The notes: generated by a model not told the origin, from the letters alone. 64,000 nt of DNA from a virus (IMGVR_UViG_2563366840_000011:12067-76066), one strand, 5' to 3'. Numbered from the stretch's first letter, positions 51,067-61,387 are shown. Program-made: numbers and translations.

Positions 51067-52471
51067 TATCAGCTTTGACACTATCGGTACGAACCGCAAG
51101 CCGGGTCAGTATATTGAGTTCAACACCCGCCTGGCCGTTCGTACCCTGCCAGGTAACACCCAGAAGGTGCTGATGATTGCGCCAATGCTGGCCTCCGGTT
51201 TGTCTGCACCGCTTGTCATTCAGTCTGTTTTCTCTGATGAAGAAGCTGCGACGTACTTTGGCCGTGGCTCGCTGGCGCATCTGATGGCCACAGCGGCCAT
51301 CGGTGCCTACCCCTATCTGCAGCTGCAGATCGTCGGGGTCAGCGATGCGGCCACTGCAACAGCCGCGACGGGCAAAATCGCCCTGACCGGCACAGCATCT
51401 TCCGGCGGGAAGCTGAGCGTGACCATTAATGGTACCCGTATTGATGTCGGTATTTCGGCAGCAGATACGGCGGAGACCATTGCGGCAGCGCTGACGGAAC
51501 TGATTACCCAGAAAGACGGGTTGCCAGTGACGGCAACAGCAAACGCGGGGGAAGTGACCCTGACCTGCCGCCATAAAGGGGCGGTTGGTAACGACATTAT
51601 TGTCTCTTCCGGCGTAACGGCAGCGGGTATCACAGCGGCGACCACCACGCTTGCAGGCGGCAATGTTGATCCGGATATTACGCCAGCGCTGGCAGCGGCG
51701 TTCTCAGCAGGTCATAACATTGTTGTTTGTCCGTTCTCCACCCAGGAGGCGATGACGGCGCTGCGTAACCATCTGACAAACGTCAGCAATGCGATGGAAC
51801 AGCGCGGCGCAATCGGTGTGGGTGGGTGGCGCAAGTCGCTTTCCACCGGCATTGCACTGGCAGCTTCACTTAATGACGGACGTATCACGCTGGGCTGGCA
51901 TAGCGGTTCGGTAAAAACACCGGCGCAGATCGCCGCTGCCTATGCTGCTGTTATCGCCAGTGAAGAGGACCCGGCACGCCCGCTGAACACCCTTGCGATG
52001 AGCACGCTGGACGTGACTGCAGTAGAGAGTCAGCCAGGGCGAACTGAGCAGGAGAACGCCCTGCGGAATGGTCTTACGCCGTTTGAGATTGGCCCCGGTG
52101 ACAAAGTGCAAATCGTTCGCGCGATCAGCACCTACACCAAAAACGCCCAGGGCGTGGATGATGTGGCGCTGCTGGATATCACCACCATCCGAACGCTGGA
52201 CTATGTGCGCAAGGCCTGCCGTGAACGCATCGCTCTGCGATTCCCGCGCGACAAGCTCAGCTCAAGAACACCTCCGAAGGTGCGCAGTGAACTGCTTGAT
52301 GTGCTTTACAAGCTGGAGGAGCTGGAGATTGTCGAGGAGGTGGATGCCAACAAAAACGGACTTATTGTAGAGCGCGATCTGCAGGATGTTAACCAGCTGA
52401 ACGGTCGCATCCCTGCGGATGTTGTGAATGGCCTGCACGTCTTTGCCGGTCGAATTGATTTGCTGCTCTGA
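51053..52471 (+). CDS. Tail sheath protein (Mu L-like)
   Basis: GTG start after GGAGG; 472-aa ORF MSSPNISFDTIGTNRKPGQYIEFNTRLAVRTLPGNTQKVLMIAPMLASG... Confidence 0.85.
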   Translation: MSSPNISFDTIGTNRKPGQYIEFNTRLAVRTLPGNTQKVLMIAPMLASGLSAPLVIQSVFSDEEAATYFGRGSLAHLMATAAIGAYPYLQLQIVGVSDAATATAATGKIALTGTASSGGKLSVTINGTRIDVGISAADTAETIAAALTELITQKDGLPVTATANAGEVTLTCRHKGAVGNDIIVSSGVTAAGITAATTTLAGGNVDPDITPALAAAFSAGHNIVVCPFSTQEAMTALRNHLTNVSNAMEQRGAIGVGGWRKSLSTGIALAASLNDGRITLGWHSGSVKTPAQIAAAYAAVIASEEDPARPLNTLAMSTLDVTAVESQPGRTEQENALRNGLTPFEIGPGDKVQIVRAISTYTKNAQGVDDVALLDITTIRTLDYVRKACRERIALRFPRDKLSSRTPPKVRSELLDVLYKLEELEIVEEVDANKNGLIVERDLQDVNQLNGRIPADVVNGLHVFAGRIDLLL

Positions 52472-52484
52472 GGAGTAAACCATA

Positions 52485-52859
52485 ATGGCCCTTGAAGAAT
52501 ATGTTGGCGCGATCGTCATGGAAGTCGACGGCCAGGAAATTGAAGTGACTGACCTCAAGGAAGATGTGACCACTGGACGCAAGCTGGTTAAGACGATGAA
52601 CAAAACGGGACGTGCCAAAGGTTTTTCCCGTGGCATCGAAGAGATCCAGCTGACCGTTACGGTAGTTATCCCGGAATCCGGCGACCTGAACTGGGGCGGT
52701 ATTGAAGGTGCGAAAATCACCCAGTATCCACTTAACAGCAGCGGTAAACGTGTTTCTTACCTGGACTGTTTCAGCACTCAGGTCGGGGCTCAGTATACCG
52801 TCGACAACGAAGCGAAGCGCGATATCACCATGAATGCGCTTCGTCGGGTGGAGGAATAA
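52485..52859 (+). CDS. Tail tube protein (Mu M-like)
   Basis: 124-aa ORF MALEEYVGAIVMEVDGQEIEVTDLKEDVTTGRKLVKTMNKTGRAKGFSRGIEEIQ... Confidence 0.8.
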   Translation: MALEEYVGAIVMEVDGQEIEVTDLKEDVTTGRKLVKTMNKTGRAKGFSRGIEEIQLTVTVVIPESGDLNWGGIEGAKITQYPLNSSGKRVSYLDCFSTQVGAQYTVDNEAKRDITMNALRRVEE

Positions 52860-53252
52860 ATGGAAAAGCAGCAACTTTTATATGGCGTTAAATGCGGTGA
52901 TAAAGTCCATTTTGACTTTGCCGTCAGGCTGCCTGTGGTGAGCGATACCATTGAAGCGCTGCGGGCAACCGATGAAGCCTGCGGCACTACCGAAGGCGCA
53001 GCCGCAAACATGTATTACCGTGTTGCGGTAATGGCGTGTGCGATTACTGCCCTCGGAGATGTGCCAAAGGAAGAAATCACGGCGGAGCTGCTCCTTAACG
53101 AGCTGAATGATGATGATTTCGATCTCATCGATGCTCAGATTGAAGCCATTAAAAAAAAGCGGATGGATTTGAACAAAAGCTCACCGGCTACCGAACCCTC
53201 GTCCTCGCCCTCGGACGATACGGGATCAGTGAACAACAAATCGGAAGCATGA
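52860..53252 (+). CDS. Tail assembly chaperone (short, in-frame product)
   Basis: 130-aa ORF immediately upstream of the tape measure gene; acidic C-terminal region. Confidence 0.7.
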   Translation: MEKQQLLYGVKCGDKVHFDFAVRLPVVSDTIEALRATDEACGTTEGAAANMYYRVAVMACAITALGDVPKEEITAELLLNELNDDDFDLIDAQIEAIKKKRMDLNKSSPATEPSSSPSDDTGSVNNKSEA

Positions 53253-53386
53253 CCCGAACGGAACTCGACGGCTACACCGAAGCGCTTGCCCGGTTACATG
53301 GAAAGAAAACCGGGCAAACCACCACCCGCACAACCCGCACTGTCAAATCGCAACGCCGGAAGAAAGTCGGCAAACGGAGATAGTCC
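52860..53386 (+). CDS. Tail assembly chaperone, predicted -1 frameshift extended product
   Basis: The -1 frame is open from the A AAA AAG heptamer (53153-53159) to TAG at 53384-53386, adding ...ADGFEQKLTGYRTLVLALGRYGISEQQIGSMTRTELDGYTEALARLHGKKTGQ... and ending 1 nt before the tape measure start. Confidence 0.6.
53153..53159 (+). promoter_or_regulatory. Candidate -1 ribosomal frameshift slippery heptamer A AAA AAG
   Basis: In-frame codons AAA AAG (K K) within an 8-A run inside the chaperone gene; the -1 frame has no stop for 227 nt. Confidence 0.6.
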
Positions 53387-55528
53387 ATGGCGCGTAACTT
53401 ACAACTGGCGCTGCAGCTGCTTGCCCGTGATACCGGCTCCAAAGTGCTTAAACAGGCACTGCAGGGCATCAGCCGGGATACCAAAGCGGCGCAAAAAACC
53501 GATGATGAGCTGGCGAAATCCCGTCAGCAGAACTCGACCACAGCGATTCGTGCCTCCCGTTCTCTGATTGAGGAATACCGTCGCGCCAGTTCGGCGCGAG
53601 CAACTCTTGGCATTCGCTCAGAGCGCGAAATACAGCGCGAAATACAGCAGACCATGGCGGCCTATAATCGCCTTACCCGCACAGGTATGCTGTCCGCAAA
53701 TGAGCAGAACCGGGCTTTCAGGGCCATGACTGACAGGGTCAAAGCGCTGCGAACTGAGCTTGGCGGCGTCAATGACTCAATGACGCGCATGCAGCGATTC
53801 CGTGCTGCAGGTTCAACCGTGGCAGCAGTAGCCGGTGGGTTAACTGCTGCGGGTATGATTATAAAAGACCCGGTTCAGCGTCAGATGGCTTACGAACGGC
53901 GTAATGCTGAGATTGCAAATACCGCTTATAACAATCTCTCCGCACCAGACCGTATTAAGAAAATACCTGAGATCAATAATGCAATCCGTGGGGCTGTACG
54001 TTATGGCGGTGGAACGCCAGAGGCCGCACAGGAAACCATTAATTCACTTTTCGCAGGTGGTCTTGATGATAAAACGGCATTAAAAATATTGCCTAATATT
54101 ACTCGTTACGCTACTGCTTCAGGCGCAAATCCGAATGACCTTGCGCGTATTGCTATTGGTGCAATTAAGAACTTTGATATAAAGGCTGAGGATTTACCAG
54201 CGGTATTTGATAAAACCATCAGGTCTGGTGAGAACGGTAAATATGAACTCGCTGATATGGCTGGCTCATTACCATTAACCATGACAAAAGCAAACTCTGT
54301 AGGTATGTCAGGGTTAAAAGATTTGGATGTCATTCTCGCGATGTTACAGGCTAACGCTGAAACAGCAGGTGATAATAGCGCTGCATCAACAAACGTTAAT
54401 AACTTGCTTGATAAATACACCAGTGCTGACACTCAGAATGCGTTAAAAAATAAAAGATTCAGGACTAAAGACGGGAGGATGCTTGCCTATGCTGATTATA
54501 TGGCTGACCAGCGACTTTCAGGAGTGAATACTTCTGATGCATTCACTAATGCTGTATCAGGTATTGTTTCAGCAGACCCACGAGTTAAGAAATTACGGGC
54601 TCAGGCTACCAAATTCAAAGGGACGGACAAGGAGAAAGACATTCTTGCCTCACTGGATATTATTGTTTCCTCCATTACGTCAAAAATAGTTGCTGACCAG
54701 CAGGCCAGTACTGCACTAAAAACAAGCATAATGAAAAAAGACTTCATTAAGGAGCAAATTTCAGGAACACGTGATTCTGTCGGTGCTGGTGCAGCCTCAT
54801 ATGAGGTTATGTCGTCAACAAATGATTTTAAGTCACAACAATTTGAGTCAGAGAAAATGTTTTCTGAACAGGACGCAATGAAACCTGTTGCCGATTTATA
54901 CGGTGATTTGACGTCAAAACTCACCGATTACGCTAAAGAATATCCTGAGCTAACCACGGCTATTTCTGGTGCCACTACTGGCATTAAAGCCATGACAGCG
55001 GCTGCGGTAGCTTTTGCCGGGCTCAACTTTCTGACGGGCGGTGGAATAAAAATGCCAGGCTCTCCTGGAGGTGGAGTGCCACCTGCAGGAGGATCTGCTC
55101 TGGGGCGTGCATGGTCCGTTATTCGTGGCGGAGCTGGCAAGATATTAGCTCCACTGGCTCTTTATCAGGGTATGCAGGATGCCCCACTCGTTCACGTTGA
55201 GCGAGGTGATTCAAATGCACGTTCGCGCCTTAAGGTTGACAATTATTCAAGTCAATCAGAGCGAATGTTGGATGCTGTTAAAGCCCGCCCAGGATTGCTG
55301 GATGCCGTGGATGAGATCAAATCATGGTGGAGTTCTCCGGCCACAGTGGGGCAAAACACACCAGCCACAACAGGCGTACCGTCTTATCTGTTGCCTCAGC
55401 AGCAACAAAAGCCTCAGCCAGTAAACATCACAACTAAAGTCATGCTCGATGAGCGTCAGATTGCCGAGGCCGTCAATCAGTATAATGGCGATCAATCCGT
55501 TCGCGGCTCAACAGGAGGTCCACAGTGA
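53387..55528 (+). CDS. Tail tape measure protein
   Basis: 713-aa ORF after the chaperone genes; central region more AT-rich; C-terminus Gly-rich. Confidence 0.85.
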   Translation: MARNLQLALQLLARDTGSKVLKQALQGISRDTKAAQKTDDELAKSRQQNSTTAIRASRSLIEEYRRASSARATLGIRSEREIQREIQQTMAAYNRLTRTGMLSANEQNRAFRAMTDRVKALRTELGGVNDSMTRMQRFRAAGSTVAAVAGGLTAAGMIIKDPVQRQMAYERRNAEIANTAYNNLSAPDRIKKIPEINNAIRGAVRYGGGTPEAAQETINSLFAGGLDDKTALKILPNITRYATASGANPNDLARIAIGAIKNFDIKAEDLPAVFDKTIRSGENGKYELADMAGSLPLTMTKANSVGMSGLKDLDVILAMLQANAETAGDNSAASTNVNNLLDKYTSADTQNALKNKRFRTKDGRMLAYADYMADQRLSGVNTSDAFTNAVSGIVSADPRVKKLRAQATKFKGTDKEKDILASLDIIVSSITSKIVADQQASTALKTSIMKKDFIKEQISGTRDSVGAGAASYEVMSSTNDFKSQQFESEKMFSEQDAMKPVADLYGDLTSKLTDYAKEYPELTTAISGATTGIKAMTAAAVAFAGLNFLTGGGIKMPGSPGGGVPPAGGSALGRAWSVIRGGAGKILAPLALYQGMQDAPLVHVERGDSNARSRLKVDNYSSQSERMLDAVKARPGLLDAVDEIKSWWSSPATVGQNTPATTGVPSYLLPQQQQKPQPVNITTKVMLDERQIAEAVNQYNGDQSVRGSTGGPQ

Positions 55529-56856
55529 GCTGGGAAGATTCATTACAGGATGCCTCATTCAGGGGCGTCCGCTTCGATGTGGTTAATACCCGTGACAGCG
55601 CCAGCCGCGACATTGCGACGTATGAGTATCCCTATGTCGACGGTGGTGATGTTGATGACCTTGGCCGCAAGCCTCGTAACCTGAGAATGACGGTCCTTTT
55701 CTGGGGTGACGATTACGATGTGCGACTCCAGGCGTTTCTGGCCGCGCTGGATACACGCGGCAGCGCGGAGTTAATACACCCGGTTTTCGGCTCCATGACG
55801 GGCATGCAGTGCATTGAGTATCAGGCATCGCATGAAGCGGAGAACGTTGATTACTGCGTTGTCGAAGTGGTCTTTATCCAGGGGGGACTTAATCTGCCTT
55901 TCTTTGGCAGCGACTTCCCGCTGTCGAAAGCCGATATCATTTTCAACCAGGCGCAATCCGCTCTGGAGAAAGCCCAGACAGCCATCGACAATATTCTCTC
56001 GCCTCTGCGTACAGCGAAAAAGTGGATGAAGAAAGCGAAATCGCTGGCAACAACGACGCTGAATATGGTGACCATGCTTAAGGGGGAACTGACAGGATTT
56101 GTCAGTACCACCTCGGATTTTGTTAATTATCCGAAAGCGTTCATGAATGATCTGCAGAGTGCGCTGAGCCTGACGTCGCTTCAGTCCAAATCAAGTGTCA
56201 GTAATAACCCAGGAAGCTATTCACAGTCCTCAGACGTTTCCGGTACAGCGGGCATCGTGATGGCCGACTGGAAGAATGGCCGTAACAATCTGCAGGAGGT
56301 GGCCGCATTACCTCAGCAAATCGTGACCGGGCAAAAGACGGTTGCTGTTGCTGTTCCGGCAGGCTCATCAACCTCGGATATTACTGAGGTGGTAACGGCG
56401 GTAAAAATCCAGGTTGCAATCCAGCTGGCGCTTGATGCTTCCGACATACTCAGTGACAGCAGCATCAGCGATATTCTGTCTCCAGTCGATATTGAGCAGA
56501 TCACCAACGATACCAGGACGGCCATTCAGACGGCAATCGACCAGACGCGGGACACCTTTGCTGCCGATACGCAAAACGTGAGCGCCGGTGAAACACCGGC
56601 TGGCGTGACATGGCAACCCGTGGTTGAAAGCCTCAAGGATATCGCCCTGACCGTTCAGGAGCTGGGCGCAGCGGTTATTACCAGCAGACCGCCACTGACG
56701 ACGCGAGTGATATTGGCCGACACCAACCTGCATTTGCTGGCCCATCTGTGGTACGAGGACTACACCCGCGCCACCGAGTTGTTGCGTCTCAATCCGACAC
56801 TACGTAATCCTAACAACATCAAAGCCGGTGACGTTCTGAATGCCTACTCAAGATAA
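55525..56856 (+). CDS. DNA circularisation protein (Mu N-like)
   Basis: GTG start after AGGAGG; 443-aa ORF MSWEDSLQDASFRGVRFDVVNTRDSASRDIATYEYPYVDGGDVDDLGRKPRNLRMTVLFWG... Confidence 0.8.
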   Translation: MSWEDSLQDASFRGVRFDVVNTRDSASRDIATYEYPYVDGGDVDDLGRKPRNLRMTVLFWGDDYDVRLQAFLAALDTRGSAELIHPVFGSMTGMQCIEYQASHEAENVDYCVVEVVFIQGGLNLPFFGSDFPLSKADIIFNQAQSALEKAQTAIDNILSPLRTAKKWMKKAKSLATTTLNMVTMLKGELTGFVSTTSDFVNYPKAFMNDLQSALSLTSLQSKSSVSNNPGSYSQSSDVSGTAGIVMADWKNGRNNLQEVAALPQQIVTGQKTVAVAVPAGSSTSDITEVVTAVKIQVAIQLALDASDILSDSSISDILSPVDIEQITNDTRTAIQTAIDQTRDTFAADTQNVSAGETPAGVTWQPVVESLKDIALTVQELGAAVITSRPPLTTRVILADTNLHLLAHLWYEDYTRATELLRLNPTLRNPNNIKAGDVLNAYSR

Positions 56857-58057
56857 AGATTCGCAGAATACAGTGAGCCTGGTTATTGATGGCAAAATCC
56901 ACAGTGCATGGAGCCGCTATCAGATTGACTCCGATTTTCTTATCCCCTCCGATGCCTGGAGTGTAACGCTTGGGCTGCCTGATGGTATTTTCCCTCCGGC
57001 CATTAAACGTGGTGTGCCGGTGCTGGTCAGGGTGGGTAATGATGTTGTCATGTCCGGTCGGGTGGATGTGGTTCAGCGCCGGGTATCCCGTCAGCAGGTT
57101 TCTTTATCTCTTTCCGGTCGCGATGGTGCAGCCGTGCTTGTTGACTGCGCTTCACCCGTTTTTACCTCCCGCCAGCTCAGTCTTGAAGAGGTGATCGCCC
57201 AGGTTGTCAGACCGCTGGGGATAACGAACATCCGCATCGAGGCTGAATCATCCCTGCGTAATGACAAGGTCAGCGTGGAGCCCGGAGAACGTGCGTGGGA
57301 TACCCTTGAGCGTGCAGCTGCTGCACGCGGGTTATGGCCATGGTTTGAGCCAGATGGCACGCTGGTAATTGGAGGGCCGGATTACACAAAAGACCCTGTA
57401 GCCACGCTTGTTCTGAATCGTGACGGTCGGGGAAATAATGTCCTCGATCTCAGTGACCGGTCATCCATTACCGGTGCGTTCTCTGAACTGACAATGCTGG
57501 CACAGGGACACGGCCAGGGGAAAAAGTCAGGAAGACTGGAAGTTATTGACGTTGATGATCAGAGCGCTGAGGCTGAAGACGATGATGATGCCGACGCAAT
57601 TTATGACAGCACCGGCTCTGCAGAGAATGGCTTTCATGGCTTACGTAGTACCGTTCGCGACAGTACCGTACCTTTCTATCGTCCGCAGATTATGGTTGCT
57701 GGTGATGCTGATAATCAGGCGCAGGTTGATTATCGCGCGAGAAAGGCCATGGCTGACGCCCGTCTGAACGGGTTTGATCTGACAGTAATTGTTAAAGGCC
57801 ATCGCATGGAGAACGGTCAGTTATGGCAACCGGGCCAGCGTATTCGTGTCCGAAGCGAGCCGCATGGCATTGATGACATTTACTTCCTCATGGGAAGAGA
57901 GTTTTCAGGTGGTCGTCCAGACAACACCATTACCACCCTGCGGCTCAAAGAGGATGGAATATGGATACCGGATGCTTATCCGAAAAAACGCAAATCACGT
58001 AAGCGTCGCGCCAAAGTAAATAAAGAGCTGGAGATTATCGATGTGGAACAAAATTGA
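56840..58057 (+). CDS. Tail/baseplate hub protein (Mu P-like)
   Basis: 405-aa ORF MPTQDKDSQNTVSLVIDGKIHSAWSRYQIDSDFLIPSDAWSVTLGLPDG... Confidence 0.8.
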   Translation: MPTQDKDSQNTVSLVIDGKIHSAWSRYQIDSDFLIPSDAWSVTLGLPDGIFPPAIKRGVPVLVRVGNDVVMSGRVDVVQRRVSRQQVSLSLSGRDGAAVLVDCASPVFTSRQLSLEEVIAQVVRPLGITNIRIEAESSLRNDKVSVEPGERAWDTLERAAAARGLWPWFEPDGTLVIGGPDYTKDPVATLVLNRDGRGNNVLDLSDRSSITGAFSELTMLAQGHGQGKKSGRLEVIDVDDQSAEAEDDDDADAIYDSTGSAENGFHGLRSTVRDSTVPFYRPQIMVAGDADNQAQVDYRARKAMADARLNGFDLTVIVKGHRMENGQLWQPGQRIRVRSEPHGIDDIYFLMGREFSGGRPDNTITTLRLKEDGIWIPDAYPKKRKSRKRRAKVNKELEIIDVEQN

Positions 58058-58646
58058 CTCTCGTATTAACACGGCGTTAAACCGTATCAGAAAGGCCTTC
58101 AGGGGCGTTTTAATAAGGGTTAACAGCGGCGGTGATATTCAGACCATTCAGGGTAAAGGTCTGGCCACTGAGTCTCTGCAGGATGTGGAGATGTTTCAGC
58201 AGTACGGTTTTACATCCAACCCGCCCAGGGGGACTAAAGCCATTGTGCTCCCGCTTAACGGGCGCACCAGTCATAGCGTGGTGATTGCCACGGAACACGC
58301 TGCATACAGGCTAAAGAGCCTGAAAAGTGGTGAGCTTGCCATTTATTCGGATGAAGGAAGCAACATTATTCTGAAGCGCGGAAAAATAATTGAAGTAAAC
58401 TGCGATGAATATATAGTTAATACTAAAAAGCACACGGTGAATACCGAACAACATATTGTTAATACCAAAACGTATAAAACCACAGCCTCAGAGCGGGCAG
58501 ATTTTGATACACCATTGCTGAAAGGCAGTAATGAAGTCGCTGACGGCAAGTCTACGCTGAACACCATGCGTGAGACTTATGACGGTCACGACCACGACCA
58601 CGGCGGTGATGCAGGCACAACGCAGAAACCTAATCAGCAAATGTAA
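58041..58646 (+). CDS. Baseplate spike/assembly protein (Mu gp45-like) with short tandem peptide repeats
   Basis: 201-aa ORF; repeats YIVNTKKHTVNTEQHIVNTKTY; His/Asp-rich C-terminus GHDHDHGGD. Confidence 0.7.
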   Translation: MWNKIDSRINTALNRIRKAFRGVLIRVNSGGDIQTIQGKGLATESLQDVEMFQQYGFTSNPPRGTKAIVLPLNGRTSHSVVIATEHAAYRLKSLKSGELAIYSDEGSNIILKRGKIIEVNCDEYIVNTKKHTVNTEQHIVNTKTYKTTASERADFDTPLLKGSNEVADGKSTLNTMRETYDGHDHDHGGDAGTTQKPNQQM

Positions 58647-58682
58647 TTTGTGGTAACGTAAGTTCTCCTTCAAAAGCAATAC

Positions 58683-58700
58683 CCACTGAACCCCTTCACC
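58683..58700 (+). promoter_or_regulatory. Conserved late box, copy 3 (upstream of gp46-like baseplate gene), candidate late promoter/activator site
   Basis: CCACTGAACCCCTTCACC, immediately followed by GATAAT, then 10-bp perfect inverted repeat TTCCATGCCG/CGGCATGGAA (58713-58741) containing the first ATG. Confidence 0.55.
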
Positions 58701-58735
58701 GATAATTTAAATTTCCATGCCGGTAGTATTACGGC

Positions 58736-59086
58736 ATGGAAATGTTGATTGATCCAACGACCGGCGATTATACCGGCGACAGCTCAGACTCTTTAGCGAA
58801 TGCCGTCTACTTACGGCTGATGACGCCCCTTGGCTCATGGTGGGCTGATCCAACTCTGGGCTCTCTTTTGCATACACTCCGCCGCGAAAAGGATGTGTCT
58901 CGCGTTCAACAACTCGCGGTGCAGTATTCGCGGCAGGCCCTGCAACCGATTATTGACGACGGTCGCGCCCAGTCCATTTCCGTTACTGCAGAGCACTGGC
59001 AAAAAGGCTGGATGCTGCTTCATATCACCGTCACGTCTGCGAGCGGAACGCCGCAGACCTGGAAATATCCGGTTAAGGTCAGCTGA
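58736..59086 (+). CDS. Baseplate protein (Mu gp46-like)
   Basis: 116-aa ORF MEMLIDPTTGDYTGDSSDSLANAVYLRLMTPLGSWWADPTLGSLLHTL...; translation may start at the second ATG (58742). Confidence 0.7.
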   Translation: MEMLIDPTTGDYTGDSSDSLANAVYLRLMTPLGSWWADPTLGSLLHTLRREKDVSRVQQLAVQYSRQALQPIIDDGRAQSISVTAEHWQKGWMLLHITVTSASGTPQTWKYPVKVS

Positions 59087-60153
59087 TGCCATTCATTACC
59101 AAAAATGCCGCGCAAATACGCACTGACATTCTGCGGGATATCAAAAATCTCCTGCAGTTGTCAGATGATACGCTGGGCCCGGACAGCGACTGGTACATCC
59201 GGGCATCGAGTGTAGCCAGTGTTGCCGAGGGGCTTTATCAGCATCAGGGATGGATAGTCCGTCAGATCTTTCCGGATACTGCTGATTCGGAATTCCTCTA
59301 TCTGCACGCCCGTTTACGTGGTTTAAGCAAAAAAGCAGCCAATAGCGCCTCCGGGCCTGCCACGTTTACCGGCGAACCAGGAGCGGTGGCCGCTGCCGGT
59401 CTTGTGTTCAAACGCGACAGTGTTTCGTGGACAACAACCGAAGATATTATTGTCGGGTCAGATGGAAAATCATCGGTAAACGCAGTGTCTTCTCTGGCCG
59501 GAACCACTGGTAACACCACTTCCGTCACATCGGCCACACTGACCACAACACCTGATGGGTTTGACAGCACAGTGACAGTAGGCCTGATGACTGGCGGAAC
59601 AGATGAGGAAACGGATGCAGAGCTGCTTGCTCGTCTGCTTGAAATCATCCGCCGACCTCCTGCAGGCGGCAATAAATATGATTACAAACGCTGGGCGCTT
59701 GAGGTATCAGGCGTATCCGCCGCATATGTTTACCCTTTGCGGCGGGGGCCGGGTACCGTTGATGTTGTGATCACGTCTGCAGGTGGGCTGCCATCTCAGG
59801 ATGTGATCGACAGGGTGCAGGCTCACATTGACGATGTCCGGCCTGTTACAGCAAAAAACACGCTGGTGCTCATGCCTGTCATCCGTACATTTGACGTCCT
59901 CGTGAAGGTATCACTGGAGGGCATCACCCTCGCAGCAGCCAAACAGGCTGTCGCCGGAACGCTGGAGGACGATGACTCGCGCCGAGAGCCTGGAGTGGCT
60001 TTTATTCGCAGCCAGGCGGGGACATTGATTTCTCTAATTCCGGGTATTACCGACTATGACATCGTTACACCATCGGCAAATATTCAACCGATAATCGATG
60101 CCACGAAAGTCGAATGGCTCAGATTAGGAAACGTTGAGGTAGAGCTGCTATGA
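59086..60153 (+). CDS. Baseplate J-like protein (Mu gp47-like)
   Basis: 355-aa ORF MPFITKNAAQIRTDILRDIKNLLQLSDDTLGPDSDWYIRASSVASVAEGLYQHQGW... Confidence 0.8.
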   Translation: MPFITKNAAQIRTDILRDIKNLLQLSDDTLGPDSDWYIRASSVASVAEGLYQHQGWIVRQIFPDTADSEFLYLHARLRGLSKKAANSASGPATFTGEPGAVAAAGLVFKRDSVSWTTTEDIIVGSDGKSSVNAVSSLAGTTGNTTSVTSATLTTTPDGFDSTVTVGLMTGGTDEETDAELLARLLEIIRRPPAGGNKYDYKRWALEVSGVSAAYVYPLRRGPGTVDVVITSAGGLPSQDVIDRVQAHIDDVRPVTAKNTLVLMPVIRTFDVLVKVSLEGITLAAAKQAVAGTLEDDDSRREPGVAFIRSQAGTLISLIPGITDYDIVTPSANIQPIIDATKVEWLRLGNVEVELL

Positions 60154-60722
60154 GCTACTTCACGCTGTTAAATCGTCTGCTGCCACTTGTTTCGTACAGC
60201 CCGGGCCAGCCTCTGCTTGATGCATCATTGCGATCTGAATCAGGTGTTTTTGAGACTCTCGATGCGTCTGCAGGGCTTGTTGAAGGTGGAGTTACTCCAT
60301 TTTATGCACGCAGCCTTTTGTATGACTGGGAACGCGTCCTGGACCTTACTCCTGCTGAAGGTGCGACATACCAGCAACGCCAGCAGCGTGTACTGGCTAA
60401 ACTGGCTGAAGTCGGTGGTCTCAGTATTCCGTACTTTACTCAGTTGGCAAGCAACCTTGGCTACATCATCACAATTGATGAACCGCAACCTTTCAGGGCG
60501 GGAGTTGGCCGCGCCGGTGATCGCCTCTGGGTTGAAGACATTATCTGGGTCTGGCGCGTCAATATTCAGAACTCAGGAACTCAATCCTATCGCTTTCGCT
60601 CAGGCAGTTCAGCTGCAGGTGAGCGCCTGACAACGTTTGGTGATCCGATTATTGAAGACGTCTTCCGTGATCTCAAACCAGCCCATACATTTTGCTACTT
60701 CGCATATCAGGAGAATGAATAA
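60150..60722 (+). CDS. Tail/baseplate protein (Mu gp48-like)
   Basis: 190-aa [69 protein letters not shown]... Confidence 0.75.
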   Translation: MSYFTLLNRLLPLVSYSPGQPLLDASLRSESGVFETLDASAGLVEGGVTPFYARSLLYDWERVLDLTPAEGATYQQRQQRVLAKLAEVGGLSIPYFTQLASNLGYIITIDEPQPFRAGVGRAGDRLWVEDIIWVWRVNIQNSGTQSYRFRSGSSAAGERLTTFGDPIIEDVFRDLKPAHTFCYFAYQENE

Positions 60723-61366
60723 TGCGGCCCTTAATGCCACCGGTGCAGACGCCGGATAATCTTTTCCATGATGGTAATCCGCTCACAGGTGAGCTGGGGA
60801 CCATTGTTGATGCTGAGCATCTGAATAACGTGCAGGGAGCTGTCAGAGATGCGCAGTCGGAGCTTATTACTGTCCTGAACGCTGCCGGTATTAATGTTGA
60901 TCCTTCTAAACAAAACCAGTTATTAACAGCATTAAAAGCGCTGTTACTGAGTCGCTCAAATCCGTTTGGCGATATCAAATCGGATGGCACCGTGAAAACG
61001 GCTCTCGAAAATCTTGGTTTGGGAGAAGCGGCTAAAAGGAATGTAGGGACAGGGGCGAATCAGATACCTGATATGGGTAGCTTCACGCTTTCTGTTTCAG
61101 ATACTGGATATCAAAAATTACCATCAGGTTTTATTCTTCAGTGGGGCTCAATCGGCGCTCCAGGCATTGCACAGGATGTAGTAACCCATTTCCCGATTGC
61201 ATTTCCAAACAGATGTCTGCGTGTTTTGGTCTCACAAGACTACACACCAGATAGCGGGGCTGTTGGTTATATTGCCTGTGCAGGTTTTAGTCCCGACCCG
61301 GTTAAATTTATATCCAGAGCCAGTACTCCTGGCCTCGGCGCTTCATTTTTAGCGTTAGGCTGTTAA
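60722..61366 (+). CDS. Tail fibre protein (constant N-terminus plus currently expressed variable part)
   Basis: 214-aa [44 protein letters not shown]...; followed by fibre assembly gene; an alternative fibre C-terminus is encoded inverted downstream. Confidence 0.8.
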   Translation: MRPLMPPVQTPDNLFHDGNPLTGELGTIVDAEHLNNVQGAVRDAQSELITVLNAAGINVDPSKQNQLLTALKALLLSRSNPFGDIKSDGTVKTALENLGLGEAAKRNVGTGANQIPDMGSFTLSVSDTGYQKLPSGFILQWGSIGAPGIAQDVVTHFPIAFPNRCLRVLVSQDYTPDSGAVGYIACAGFSPDPVKFISRASTPGLGASFLALGC

Positions 61367-61387
61367 TTTAGCTATATGGAGTGAAAA

